The translations under genes and the position numbers were made by a program. The notes beneath the pieces are model-generated. The model was not told the DNA's origin and did not search any database. It saw nothing but the letters and a program-made list of their open reading frames with translations. This document shows, piece by piece, positions 49,113-64,000 of a stretch of 64,000 bases of DNA. Within the stretch, counting starts at the first letter, position 1. Each line of letters starts with the position of its first letter. Source of the DNA: the human T2T-CHM13v2.0 reference genome, Homo sapiens; NCBI RefSeq assembly GCF_009914755.1, contig NC_060944.1, one strand, 5' to 3'.

Positions 49113-49981
49113 GTGAGTGCCGCGCACAGGGGACCGGGAATACCCGGCCCGCGAGGGGTCCCAGGAGGCGGAGGGAGCCCAGGAGCCTGGGGAGGGCTGG
49201 CTACGGGTGCGGCTGGGGGCAGCGAGGGGAGACGGAACGTCGGGGGAGCCGCGGGTAGCCCGGGGGATGAGGGGTCGACAGCGAGTGGAGGGTGCCCTAG
49301 GGAGGGGCGGCACTGTTGCGGACTGCTGGATTCCCGGGGAAGGGGACGCTCGGGCCCGTGCAGTGACTTTATCCACCACTTCTCTGGGCCGTCCAGGTTC
49401 CCCTTCTTGGGGGGGGGCGGGGATTTTTTTTTTAATTTAAAAAAGAAAAAGAAGGAAGGGATGGGGCTTCACAGAACCCGGGAAGGGGAAGGCCCTTACG
49501 GTTCCCGGTGGGGGCCGGGTCACGCCGGGTTGGCAGCCAGCTTGGGGAAGGGGGTAGTTGGGCGGAGGCGTGACGTGCGAGCCACACCCAGGCCGGCTGC
49601 AGCTGGTCGGCTCTCTGCCCCTCCTCCCACAACAGGTCTAGGTCAAACCCCCAAACCTCCTGGCCCCAGACCACACTGCATGCATGCCCTGTCTCTTTCC
49701 TCCTTGGACGAATTCTCCGCCTCCGAATTCGTTTCCTCATCTGTAAAACGGGGCTATGAAGTCTTTCTTGCAAGGATGCAGGAAATTGGAGTATGCGAGA
49801 GGTGGTGCGTGTGAGAGACAGGCTAGTGGGTAGCGGAGGGGGCTTCTAGGGGCAAACTGCCTGTTGGGGCTGGGGTAGAGGATTTGGCCTTTCTTTGCCT
49901 CTGTTTTCACAACTGCAGGATGGGGAGAGTAATAGTACCTCCTTCACAGGGTTGTTTAGAGGATTAATTGGGTACTGAAGG

Positions 49982-50343
<362 letters not shown>

Positions 50344-50841
50344 TTAACATTGCCCTAGCTAGACATATGGCCCCGTGTTCTCAGACTTTAGCCTACATCA
50401 GCATCACCTGGACTGCTTGTGAAAACAGATTGCTGGGCCGAATCCTAGAGTTTCTGATTCAGTAGCTCTGTGCAGGACAATGAGAACTTCCATCCCCGGT
50501 GATGCTGCTGCTGCTGATCCAAGGAGGACACTTTGAGAACCACTGGGGTAGCCTATGCCTGGCACAGAGAAAGGCCTCAATGCCTATCAGTTGCCTTATC
50601 CCATGGTTTTCTCTTTATGGTCCTTTTTTTTTTAGGGGAGGGGGTGACAGGTTAAAATACAGAAAAGTGAAGATAATAATATATTAGATGTCCCGAGAAT
50701 CCACCATCCAGAATTAACAAATAATAGCATTTTGTTGTGTTTGTTTTGAGATTTTAAAAAATTAATTTACTAAAAGTAACAGAAAAAATTGAAGTCTCCC
50801 CACCTTGTATCACTCTCAGTCCTGTTTCTCTCCCTCCCCAG

Positions 50842-50907
50842 GGGCAACCGCTGTCATGAGTTACAGTCCTTCCAGGATGTGCCTCTGAAAATGGATTGCA
50901 TATAAAT
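50842..50907 (+). other. HCK: Candidate 66-nt alternative HCK cassette exon
   Basis: Strong acceptor tttctctccctccccag; weak donor AAT|gtacgc. Confidence 0.5.
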
Positions 50908-50959
50908 GTACGCATAAACAACACGTAGGATTGTTTTGTGTGCTTTAAAAATGCTATCT

Positions 50960-51521
<562 letters not shown>

Positions 51522-52279
51522 TTATCATTAAGTTGTCAAAATCTACCCAGGATGAGAAATAGAAAATAGAGGCCTCATTCATTCCTTCCAGCTGCTGTGG
51601 AGTATCCCAGCAGGTAACGACTCTACAGTATTTCTCTTTCCCCTGTGGATAAATACTCAAGTTGTTCCTAGGCGTTCACTACAACGAACAATATTGACAG
51701 GAGCATCCTGGATGTGTAGCTTTCGGCCCATGTACAGGTGGTTCTTGAGGAAAACACCAAAAGGCTGGATGGCTCCCCAGAGAGGGCACCTGTCACACTC
51801 CCCTTTGTGTGAGAGGAGTACTGTAGCCCAGAAGGGTCACCAGGGACTCTGGGGCAGAGAAGAGAGAAGAATGTTGCTCTGCTGATCTCCCAGCCGTCTC
51901 TGGATCAATGGCCTTTCTTTCAGGCCTCATGTTCTCTGCTGTAAGGCACTTCACTTGCCTTACTCACTATGCCTGGCACTTAATAAGTGTTCAAGAAAAT
52001 GGAAGCATGAACCTTTTGAGGGAACAATAACCAATATTTTCATGTATCTTTATGTAGTCTTTTCTATGCACTTTTAAATTAACATAATTAGTATAATGCT
52101 ACACATAGATTATTTTTATCCTATTTATTTGCTTAGTATTACATTGTAGCATTTTCCAGGTCATTAAAATGTTCTTAAATTTTTAGTGGCTGCATAATAT
52201 TCCACTGTTTGCCTGTATTATAATTTGCTTAACCTTTCTAGCAGAGCAATCTTTTATATAGTTCAAAATTTTTAGAAAT

Positions 52280-53315
<1,036 letters not shown>

Positions 53316-53946
53316 CAGAAAGCACGAATCTTAATCTCATTCAAACCAGGCTGCCCTCTGAGGGCTCTTACCTCAGAAAGTAAGGAGAAAGTTGTCTACA
53401 TTCTAAGGACTAGCCAGGGCTTGGACTTTAAACTCTTCTAGAAAGTAAATTCTACAAGAGCACAAACATGTTTGTCCTATAAACCACTGTATCTTCTAAC
53501 ACCTGGCACCTGGCACATAGTAGGGCCTCAAAAAAACACTGATGGGACAAACGCAATGAATGTTGGACAACCTCCTCCCTCCCTTGCCTGAGATATTTCA
53601 GCTGCCCTCCCCGAACACCCCTCCACCCGCAGCGATTATTTTTAATTAGTTGCTAACATTTAAACTCAGGAGAGCTCACATAATCTGGATTTCTGTCTCC
53701 TAAAACATTAGAAGAGTTAGCAGCCCTGAGACTAGAACCCACGACTCCAGTGCTCTTCAGACAACCTCAGTGGAGCTGGGGGCTGCCCTGGGGGCTACAC
53801 CTGGGCTGTCCAGCTTGCACAGCCCTTGCCAGGCCCACTTTCCTCATCCGCAGAACCCTCCACATCCCTATAGTCATTTGAGTTTTCAAACCCCACCCTT
53901 CGGGTCATGACAAGGCTTCCTTTTTTATAGAAAAGGAACATGAAGG

Positions 53947-54243
53947 GCTGGGTGCGGTGGCTCACCCTGTAATCCCAGCACTTTGGGAGGCCGAGACAGG
54001 CAGATCATCTGAGCTCAGGAGTTCGAGACCAGCCTGGGTAACATGGCAAAACCCTGTCTCTACAAAAAGTACAAAAATTAGCTGGGTGTGGTGGCACATG
54101 GCTGTAGTACCAGCTACTCAGGAGGCTGAGGTGGGAGGATCGTCTGAGCACAGAAGGTGAAGGTTGCAGTGATCTGAGACTGCACCACTGTACTCCAGCC
54201 TGGGTGACAGAGCAAGACCCTGTCTCATAAAAAGAAAAGAAAA
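53947..54243 (+). mobile_element. Alu (AluJ)
   Basis: Alu consensus. Confidence 0.88.
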
Positions 54244-54875
54244 GGAATGTGAAGCCTAGAGAGGGTAATTGACTTTCCCAAAGTCACACAGCAAGTTAGT
54301 AGCACAATCTCTCTCAGCCTCTTTCTTTCTTACATCTTTTTGTTGTTGTTTATTTTTCTTTTTTTATACCACAAGTCATCAAGCAATCACTTCTGCCTTT
54401 CTAAACAAACCCCACCACATGCACCAACCACATGTTGGTCCCCACCCCATTTCTCCAGTTTCCTCCCCCACAGGACTGGGAGTTTGAAGGTACTTTCAGA
54501 GGCGTGGGTAATGATGCAGAAGCAGCCTGTGCTTAAGTGTAAATGTGCCCTGGTCTTGGCCCCGGCTGTGGTCCCACATGCTGCATCCTCTGGATGGCAC
54601 TGCGCTAGGACGTGCGCTCCTGACTCTCCCTTCGAGTCACCTCCCTGAGTTCCAGGCATCACCCTGAAATCCTTTGGCCCAGGAGATGTAAGTGCAGCCA
54701 AGAGAACAGGAATCCCAGCCTCATCTCTACCATAGAAATGAAGAACAGTGGGTACAGTACAGTAGACGACCCCGAGTCTGAGTGCCAGCTCTGCCAAAGA
54801 CAGGTTGTGATGCACTAGGCAAATCTCTTCCCTTTCTGAGCCTCAGTTCCCAAATCCAAAAAAAAATGGAACTGA

Positions 54876-55171
54876 GGCTGGGCACGGTGGCTCACACCTG
54901 TAATCCCAGCACTTTGGGAGGACAAAGCAGGTGGATCACCTGAGGTCAGGAGTTCAAGACCAGCCTGGCCAACATGGTGAAACCCCGTCTCTACTAAAAA
55001 TGCAAAAATTAGCCGGGCGTGGTGGCGGGCGCCTGTAATTTCAGCTACTTGGGAAGCCGAGGCAGGAGAATTGCTGGAACCCGGGAGGCACGGTTGCAGT
55101 GAGCCAAGGTCTTGCCACTGCACTCCAGCCTGGGCTGACAACAGCAAGACTCTGTCAAAAAAAAAAAAAAA
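54876..55171 (+). mobile_element. Alu (AluS)
   Basis: Alu consensus. Confidence 0.9.
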
Positions 55172-55229
55172 GGGGGAGAACTGAGGAGGATACTACTCAT
55201 GATTCCTGCAGCACAATTCCTTTTATGTC

Positions 55230-55232
<3 letters not shown>

Positions 55233-55278
<46 letters not shown>

Positions 55279-55282
55279 ACAC
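55233..55282. repeat. (CA)n microsatellite
   Basis: About 20 perfect AC units. Confidence 0.95.
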
Positions 55283-55301
55283 TAGTCCATCATGGCGTAT
55301 A

Positions 55302-55780
55302 TGTCTTAGTTTGAGTTTCTCCAGAAGCAGACCCTAGGCAAGGTTTCAAATGCAAATAGTTTGAGAGCTGATTCCAGAGACCCTCCTAGGGGAGTAAGGA
55401 AGTGAGGCAGGGAACAGGAGGTAGTCATTAAAGGTGTCTTCTAAGCCCAGTTACCACTGCGGGCACCTGGAGCTCAATCCCACTGAGGAGCTCTGGGAGC
55501 CAGGGTAGAACAGGCTTGAGAGGTGAGGGAACCGGGGTATTTGTCCACCCTGTTCTCGCTCCTGTCTTTTGTTGAAAACTACTCCTGGGGATGTGATAAT
55601 TCTCTAGCACTTTCGGCTTGCCAAGCCCATGGGCAGAGCAGGCACCAATAGCCACAGAGAAATCTCTCAGACAAAGAGATGAAGGTGCCGGCAGCTGGAA
55701 GTCCAGCCAGAATGTGCAGAAATGGTAAAGGGCAGAGTGATAGAGGCAGGGCACTGACAGCCTCTGCTTCAACATACATG
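55302..55780 (-). mobile_element. Ancient ERVL LTR (LTR16-like)
   Basis: tgtcttagtttgagtttctccagaagcagaccct; reverse of the 46265-46687 end. Confidence 0.55.
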
Positions 55781-55912
55781 TGTGTAAATGCAGAGGCAGA
55801 GGCTGAGGCCAAATGCTGGCAGAGGATATCTGGGTGGGGAAAGAGGTGGCCATGGAGGGCTTATAGAATGAGTAATCCAAGAGTGTCTTAAATGTATCTG
55901 TAATGTTTTAAT

Positions 55913-56178
55913 CTTCCTTCCTTCCTTCCTTCCTTCCTTCCCTCCCTCCCTCCTTTCTTTTCTTTTCTTTCTTCTTTCCCTTCTTTCCTTCCCCCCTTCT
56001 CCTCCTCCTCTTCCTCCTCCTCCACTTTCTTCTTCTCTTCCTTCCTTTCTTCTTTCTCTCTCTCTCTTTCTTTCTTTCTTTTTTCTTTCTTTCTTTCTTT
56101 CTTCTTTCCCTTCCTCCTCCTCCTCCTTCTTCTTCTTTCTTGCTTCTCTCTCTCTCTCTCTTTCTTTCTTTTTCTTTT
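55913..56178 (+). repeat. Polypyrimidine (CCTT/CTTT/CCT)n tract
   Basis: About 265 nt nearly pure C/T. Confidence 0.95.
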
Positions 56179-56461
56179 TGAGACAGGGTCTCGCTCTGTC
56201 TCCCAGGCTGGAGTGCAGTGATGCTATCATGGCTCATGCAGCCCCAACCTCCTGCGCTCAAGCGATCCTCCCACCTCAGCCTCCTGAGTAGCTGGGATCA
56301 CAGGCACATGCCACCACACCCAGCTAATAAAAAAAAATTCTGGTAGAAATGGGGTCTTGCCATGTTGCCCAGGCTGGTCTTAAATTCCTCGGCTCAAACG
56401 ATCCTCCTGTCTTGACCTCTCAAAGTGCTGGTATTACAGATGTGAGCCACCATACCTGGCC
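56161..56461 (-). mobile_element. Alu (AluJ)
   Basis: Reverse Alu consensus. Confidence 0.88.
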
Positions 56462-56834
56462 TCTAATGGTTTAATTTTTAACAAGAAGGATGCACTAATG
56501 TTTTACTAGGTGGTAAAAGGTCATTTTAAAAATAAAATACATACCCTTCAAAAAATAAAAGAAACTGAGACCTGGAGCTTTGTCAATTATAAAAAAAATG
56601 TAAAAGGATCAGCGCCTGTGTTACTGAGGCTTTGAGGATTCCATTTGTGGAGGACAGGTTTGGGGGCAGCTGATCTCTCAGTACCACGGCAGGTTAAAGT
56701 GAAAAGTGGCCCTGGTGGTGAACTGGCCACCATGTCCTGTCTGGAGGGGGAAACTTCCACTCAGCGGCAGCCAAGGAAAGACTGCTCCTCTCCCAGCAGA
56801 AGCGAGCAAATGTGCATCACCCTTCTCAGTTTAA

Positions 56835-57189
<355 letters not shown>

Positions 57190-57589
57190 ATTTATAGCTA
57201 TTGTTTAGACGGGAAATCTGGGGGCATCCAGCAGACTAAATGGGGACCTTACTGTCATATCTCATATCCTATTGGTCAGATGGATAATAAACAAATCAAC
57301 AGGTAATACATTAGGTGCATTAGTCCAGGTCCTTTTTTATTTTTTCTTTTCTTTTTCATACTTAACTTCAGCATACCCTGAGATAGTTCAAGTCCTTTGA
57401 GAAGCAGACTCCCATAGCATCAAATGTGCAAGAAATTTATTGGAGGAAATGGCTATGAGAGAAAATGGGAAGAAACCAGGAGAGGACAGGAGAGCCATCA
57501 GATAGTGGGGTACCTCTGTCCACTAATGAAAAAGAAAAGGAAGGAAGAAAGGAATAAAAGGAGGACGTGTCTTGGACTGCCATGCCGTA

Positions 57590-57912
<323 letters not shown>

Positions 57913-58561
57913 GCCGTGCCATTCTAAGGAAAGTTTGTCAAGGCTGTTAAGGAGCCCTTGGCCAAAGTCTCTTGACAGAGGTCCCCCAGACATGGGTGGG
58001 CTTCGGTCTCCCTGCCACACTCAGTCATTGGCTGGGAGCAGCCCATGAGAGCAGTGATGGACTTCAGAGCACAGCAGCTGAGCCGCTGATCAATTTCTCC
58101 AGTCGTACTCCTGCAGTTGGAGATCTGAGAGGTGCATCCTCATGGCCACCACGTTTAAGAGGTGGTTAGGGGCATGAAGACTAGCTGGGAACAGGCTAGA
58201 CAGTGATGGGAGTTGGGGGGCAGAGGATCCTGTCTTTGCCAGGGTGATGAGGGAAGGTTGCTCTGAGAAGGTACAATCATTAGAGAGACTGAAGGAAGTG
58301 ATGGAGCCTTTCTGGGTGAAGAATATTCCAGAAACAGAACATGCAATGCCCCAGAGGTATAAGCACAGTTGGTGAGTTGAAGAAGAGCAAGGAGGGCTCC
58401 AGTGGAATGATCAAGGGAGAGTTAGAAGGAGACAGATCTGAGAGGCTGAGGAGGGGATCAGATTGTGGAGGTCTTACCCACCTTGGAGGGGACTTGGGCT
58501 TTTACTCCAAGTGAGACGGAAACCCTGGGTGGGGGTTGAGCAGAGAAGGAATGCGATCTGA

Positions 58562-58869
<308 letters not shown>

Positions 58870-59895
58870 ATGACTTACATTTTTAAAGGCTCACTTATTT
58901 GTAAGAGGCAGAATGCAGATTCAAACCCAGCTCTATCTGACTTCAAATCTCATGCTCTATTTTCAAACTGCCCTGCCTCCTGCCTGCCTTAGAGATAAAA
59001 TCATTCCAAGAAGGTTCACAGTTGCTCTGGAATTCTGAAATTGACCAAGTGTCCCAAGAGTAACATTGAACATGCTATGAGTTTTATATGTGGTTGAATA
59101 AGTGTTTGGAACACAGGCATCTCAGAGCCAACCCTATGGCTCAGCCAGGCAAATGATCAAAGCCCTGAGTTCTCCTTTAGTGTGTTGCTCTGTCGCTCGC
59201 CATCGTGTGAGCCAGGGCCCACGCAGCCTCTTGGGGTTGTTACTCCACCTGTCCAATGAAGATTTTGATCTCCCAAGTTTCCTCCTGTTTGCAAAATCAA
59301 AGTTTTGAGCTCTATGAGAAAGAAGCTGAGGCTCAGTAAAGGGAAGACGTGAGAAGTCAGGAGTGACCCCTAACTGTCTATTAGGGACAGTAGTCACTCG
59401 GGGATAAAGACAGTTCATTCAGAAGACAGTCAGGGAACCCGAGGAGAGGGAGCTGCTGGGCTCTGCACCCCCAAGGCACTGCTCAGGGAATTGGCTCCTG
59501 TTGAGGAAATACTTTTTCCCCACCCCCATTGCTGAGCTGTTCTGAGAAGGGAAAGTTCCTGTAACTGAACAGCCTTAAGCCCTGGGCCCCCAGCGGTCTG
59601 CCTTCTTGAGAGTTCTGTTTGGGTTCCTCATTCTCCCCTTCCCCTTCATCGCCCACAGCCTCTGGGGCTGACCTCAGTGGATGATGACAGGCAGGAGAGC
59701 TGAGTGCCAGTTTGACCTACCACTGACTAGCCGGGGGACCCACTCTCCCATGGGCTTCCATTTCCCTATCTGAAAAATAACTTCATAATTCTGGTCTGTT
59801 GACTTCAGCCAAGTATGATGAGGTCCATAGAGAGTAGAACATAATATATCCATTACACGAATGTGTATGGGGGGCCTATTAGATACCAGGTGCTT

Positions 59896-60177
<282 letters not shown>

Positions 60178-60601
60178 TCTCTATAACCAGGTCCTTTTAA
60201 GGCATGGCTTCAGTGCCATCAGCTTAATGAGGTCCATATTCCTCCCATCCTCACCTACTCTAATAGGTCTAGTACCATCTTACCTTCTCTTCTACCAAAA
60301 CCTGGTATCAGGGAGGTCTTTGCCATCAGCCATTTGCACTTGAGTGCAAATCACAATCCCTTATAAGAATTCCCTCTGCACTGGGCAAGACTCTTTGATG
60401 TTTAAAGGGAAATAAATCCAACTCAAAACTGGCTCAAGCAGAAGAAGGAGGTTACTGGAAAATCCCTGAGATATCAGCTTCAGGCGAGGCTTAATCCAAG
60501 GCTGAGAGTCTGCATTTCTCTATTTCTTGGGTTTGCCTTGCTGCTGCAGGCCTTTTTTTCCAGCTAGAAACCAAGGGCTGGCTCTCGTTGGCCAGAATTG
60601 A

Positions 60602-61041
<440 letters not shown>

Positions 61042-62902
61042 TAATTCCCAAAGGAAAATTGGAGAACTGTTGTTAGAAGAAGGGGGGAATGGATTCTATG
61101 CAGGAAAGAGCTGCAGCTTCTTCTTTCAGAGAACTTCTAATCCAACATCTCATTTCACATTTGGAGAAACTGAGGCTCAGAGACAAGTTGAGACTTGCCT
61201 AACATCACACAATGAGCTTATAGCAGAGATGGGACCACAATCCAGGGCTTCACACCCTCAGCCCTTGCAGGTTTCTGCTTAAGCATAGAAGCTCCCAGAA
61301 AACCATCTCCAGCCCACTGGATGGATGCTCAGGCAGGCCCCGGCCTCTCCCCCTTGAGCTTGACTCTGAGAGCACAGGCCGAGTCTCTGAGTTTTCCACA
61401 GCCAGCATGGTAACCCTGGGAAGCAGCCAGGCACAAGCAAGCTGACCTCTCTCATTTCACTCAGCAGAGGCTGAGGCGGTGAGGAGCAGGTTTCAGGTTC
61501 CCAGGGACGGCAGTGGCCCGAGGAAGTATCTTTACCAGGGATCAGCAGTTTTGAGTGGGTGTGCAACCAGGCAGACTGCTTCTGCTCTCAGAGCGTGCTT
61601 TTGAAGCACATTAGATGAGAAATGCGTATGCAGAAGTTTTATACAGTCCTTCACATCCCTAGTCACATAGGACCTCAGGCCAAGCCTGAGAAGCAAGGCC
61701 TCCTATTTAGCAGGAAAGAAAAATAAGGCTCAGAGAGGGCAAATGACTTGCTCAAGGTCACATACCCAGTCAGTGGCAGAACTGCTATCCAAACTCAAGT
61801 ATTCTGACTCCCAAGTTCAGCCTTCATTCTGCTACATTGGTGGATCTCAAATTTTAGTGTATATACTAATTTCCTGTAGAATTGTTAGAACTACAGATTC
61901 CAGGACCTCACTCCCAGATACTGGTTCATTCAATCCAGAGTGTGACCCAAGAATATGCAAGAATCAGTGGAGACTTTTTGAGTTCAAATGGCAGAAACCC
62001 AACTCAAATTGGCTTAAGCAAAATTGATAATTTATTTGCTCGTGGACTGGAAAAATCCTGAGGTGTATAGGCCTCAGGCATAGCTGGATCCAGGTGCTCA
62101 ATTTATCTTCAGGAATTACTTTATCTCCATACCTCAGCTCTGTTGTCCTCTCTGGTGGCTTCACTCTAAAGCAGCTTTTACCTTGATGATGTTGAGGTGG
62201 CCTCCAAGAACTCCAGGTTCCTACATCTCAACAATCCTTATAGAAAGAGGGTGCTTTTTCCCTAATTTTTGCAGCAAAATCCCAGGGCAGACTGCCTCAG
62301 TGAGGAGGACGTATATGCCTACAACTGAACCAATCTCTGTAGCCAGGGGGCCAGAGGATATGGGATTCTCTGATTGGCCAGGCCTGTGTCAAGTTGCCAA
62401 TTCCTGAAGGCAAGGGTGGGATCGGCCCCACCAAACTTCATGCACTAAGTGGGAGAAAGCTGGTTCTCCAAAGGAAAATCCAGGTACTGTTATCTGAAGA
62501 GGGACAGATGCTGAGGAGGCAGGAGCAAAAGAGGTTCTCTAGCCTTCTTGGCTAGAATGTTCACATGAATCGCCTGGGAACCTTGTTAAAATGCACATTC
62601 TGATTTGGGAAGTGGGGACTGAGATTCTGCATTTCTTACAGCTCCCCTGTGAGGTTGAGGCTGCTGGTTCTCACGCTAGCCACACTCTGAGCACCATATT
62701 GCATTTCTAAACTCACTCAAACCACTTTGTCACAAGGCACTCTGCAGAGAGGCCCTGGGCTACATAAACCTCTTTCTTCCACCATTCTCTCCCCACCTTC
62801 ACCCCATCCCCTGTTCCCAAACTCACCCGAATAATATCAGCACCATCTGTTTGGGAACCACTCACCAACATACTATAGATTCTGCTGACAAATCACAGTT
62901 GA

Positions 62903-63248
<346 letters not shown>

Positions 63249-64000
63249 CCAGTGACCTTTTTATGAGGAGCCACAGAACAAATTCTCTTTTGAATTTATA
63301 CTCAAAAAATATTTGTTTCTGTCAACAGACAATTTGTTGTGCTTCCTGGGATCTTATGGTGATGTTGTACAAGTTTCCATTTTTATCTTGGCTACTAGGA
63401 AGCTCAGAGATAAATCTAGTACTCAATGGTAGTAGCAGTCCCACCCTGGGCTTCTGGTTCAATAATCTTTCCCTTCTATATGGTGTAGAGTAACCCTTTT
63501 TGAGTCTTGCAGTGCTCTGTGTATGGTTTAATATTATAAGCTCCTTCAAATCCTTTTTGGAAGTCGGTTCTTCTTTGGAGTATTCTTGACTTTCCCCCAA
63601 TCTTTATCTATTCAGATCCTCCCTGTTCTTCAAAACCCAACTCATTATCTTGCTGCTCAATTATTATTGTAAACAGGTTGCTTTTTATACGAACTTACTA
63701 ACATACACGTAGGCACATAAATTCATTTTAGAAGAGTGGTTTGATGTACATGTTTGCAGTTTGCATTTTTCACCCAATAAGTATTTTAGCAATCTTTGCA
63801 TGGCCCCTCCTATGTTTACCACTCCCTAGTAGCTTATTTTTCTTTCATTCTTAAAACTGTGGTAAAATATGCATAACAAATTTTCCATCCTAATCATTTG
63901 CAAGTGTACACTTCAGTGGTATTCAATCCATTCAGCATGTTGTGCAACCCTCACCACCATCCATCTCCATAACTCATTTCATCTGAAACTCTACACCCAT

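Larger units (their letters stand above)
48250..49620. promoter_or_regulatory. HCK: HCK promoter CpG island (TATA-less, GC boxes)
   Basis: CpG-dense; GGGGCGGGG at about 48472 and GGGGCGGAG at about 48809; spans exon 1. Confidence 0.85.

Noticed and set aside
49113-49814. 233-aa ORF starting at the HCK intron 1 donor GTG
   Set aside because: Begins at the splice-donor GT; low-complexity CpG-island translation with no recognisable homology

Overview
Primate (human-like) genomic DNA, very Alu-rich; by gene content this is the 20q11.21 CCM2L-HCK locus (location from recall). It contains the complete CCM2L gene on the + strand. I reconstructed 10 coding exons from GT-AG boundaries and phases (7087..27946, 1716 nt, 571 aa; split PTB domain plus C-terminal harmonin-homology domain; poly(A) signal at 28785). 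It also contains the promoter, CpG-island first exon (CUG-initiated p61 N-terminus, 49051..49112) and most of intron 1 of the Src-family kinase HCK; HCK exon 2 lies beyond the window. The rest is interspersed repeats: about 50 Alu/FLAM copies, MIR, L2, old L1, MaLR/ERV LTRs including an intact MER41A, MER DNA transposons, and two 5S rRNA retropseudogenes. Nearly all other ORFs in the supplied track are Alu-derived or shadow ORFs. I see no novel multi-gene system. The best leads are regulatory: (1) CCM2L exon 7 looks like a recursive-splicing (RS) exon, and its removal gives an NMD-escaping 433-aa isoform lacking the harmonin-homology domain; (2) a 66-nt cassette exon in HCK intron 1 would stop the CUG/p61 frame and build a new AUG; (3) an in-frame GCCACC-ACG lies 60 codons upstream of the HCK CUG; (4) a GSWERR peptide repeat is inserted in the CCM2L PTB domain; (5) there are unusual 5S rRNA retrocopies; (6) there are an NF-kB site cluster and degenerate promoter repeats near HCK. 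Repeat boundaries and subfamilies are by eye and approximate.
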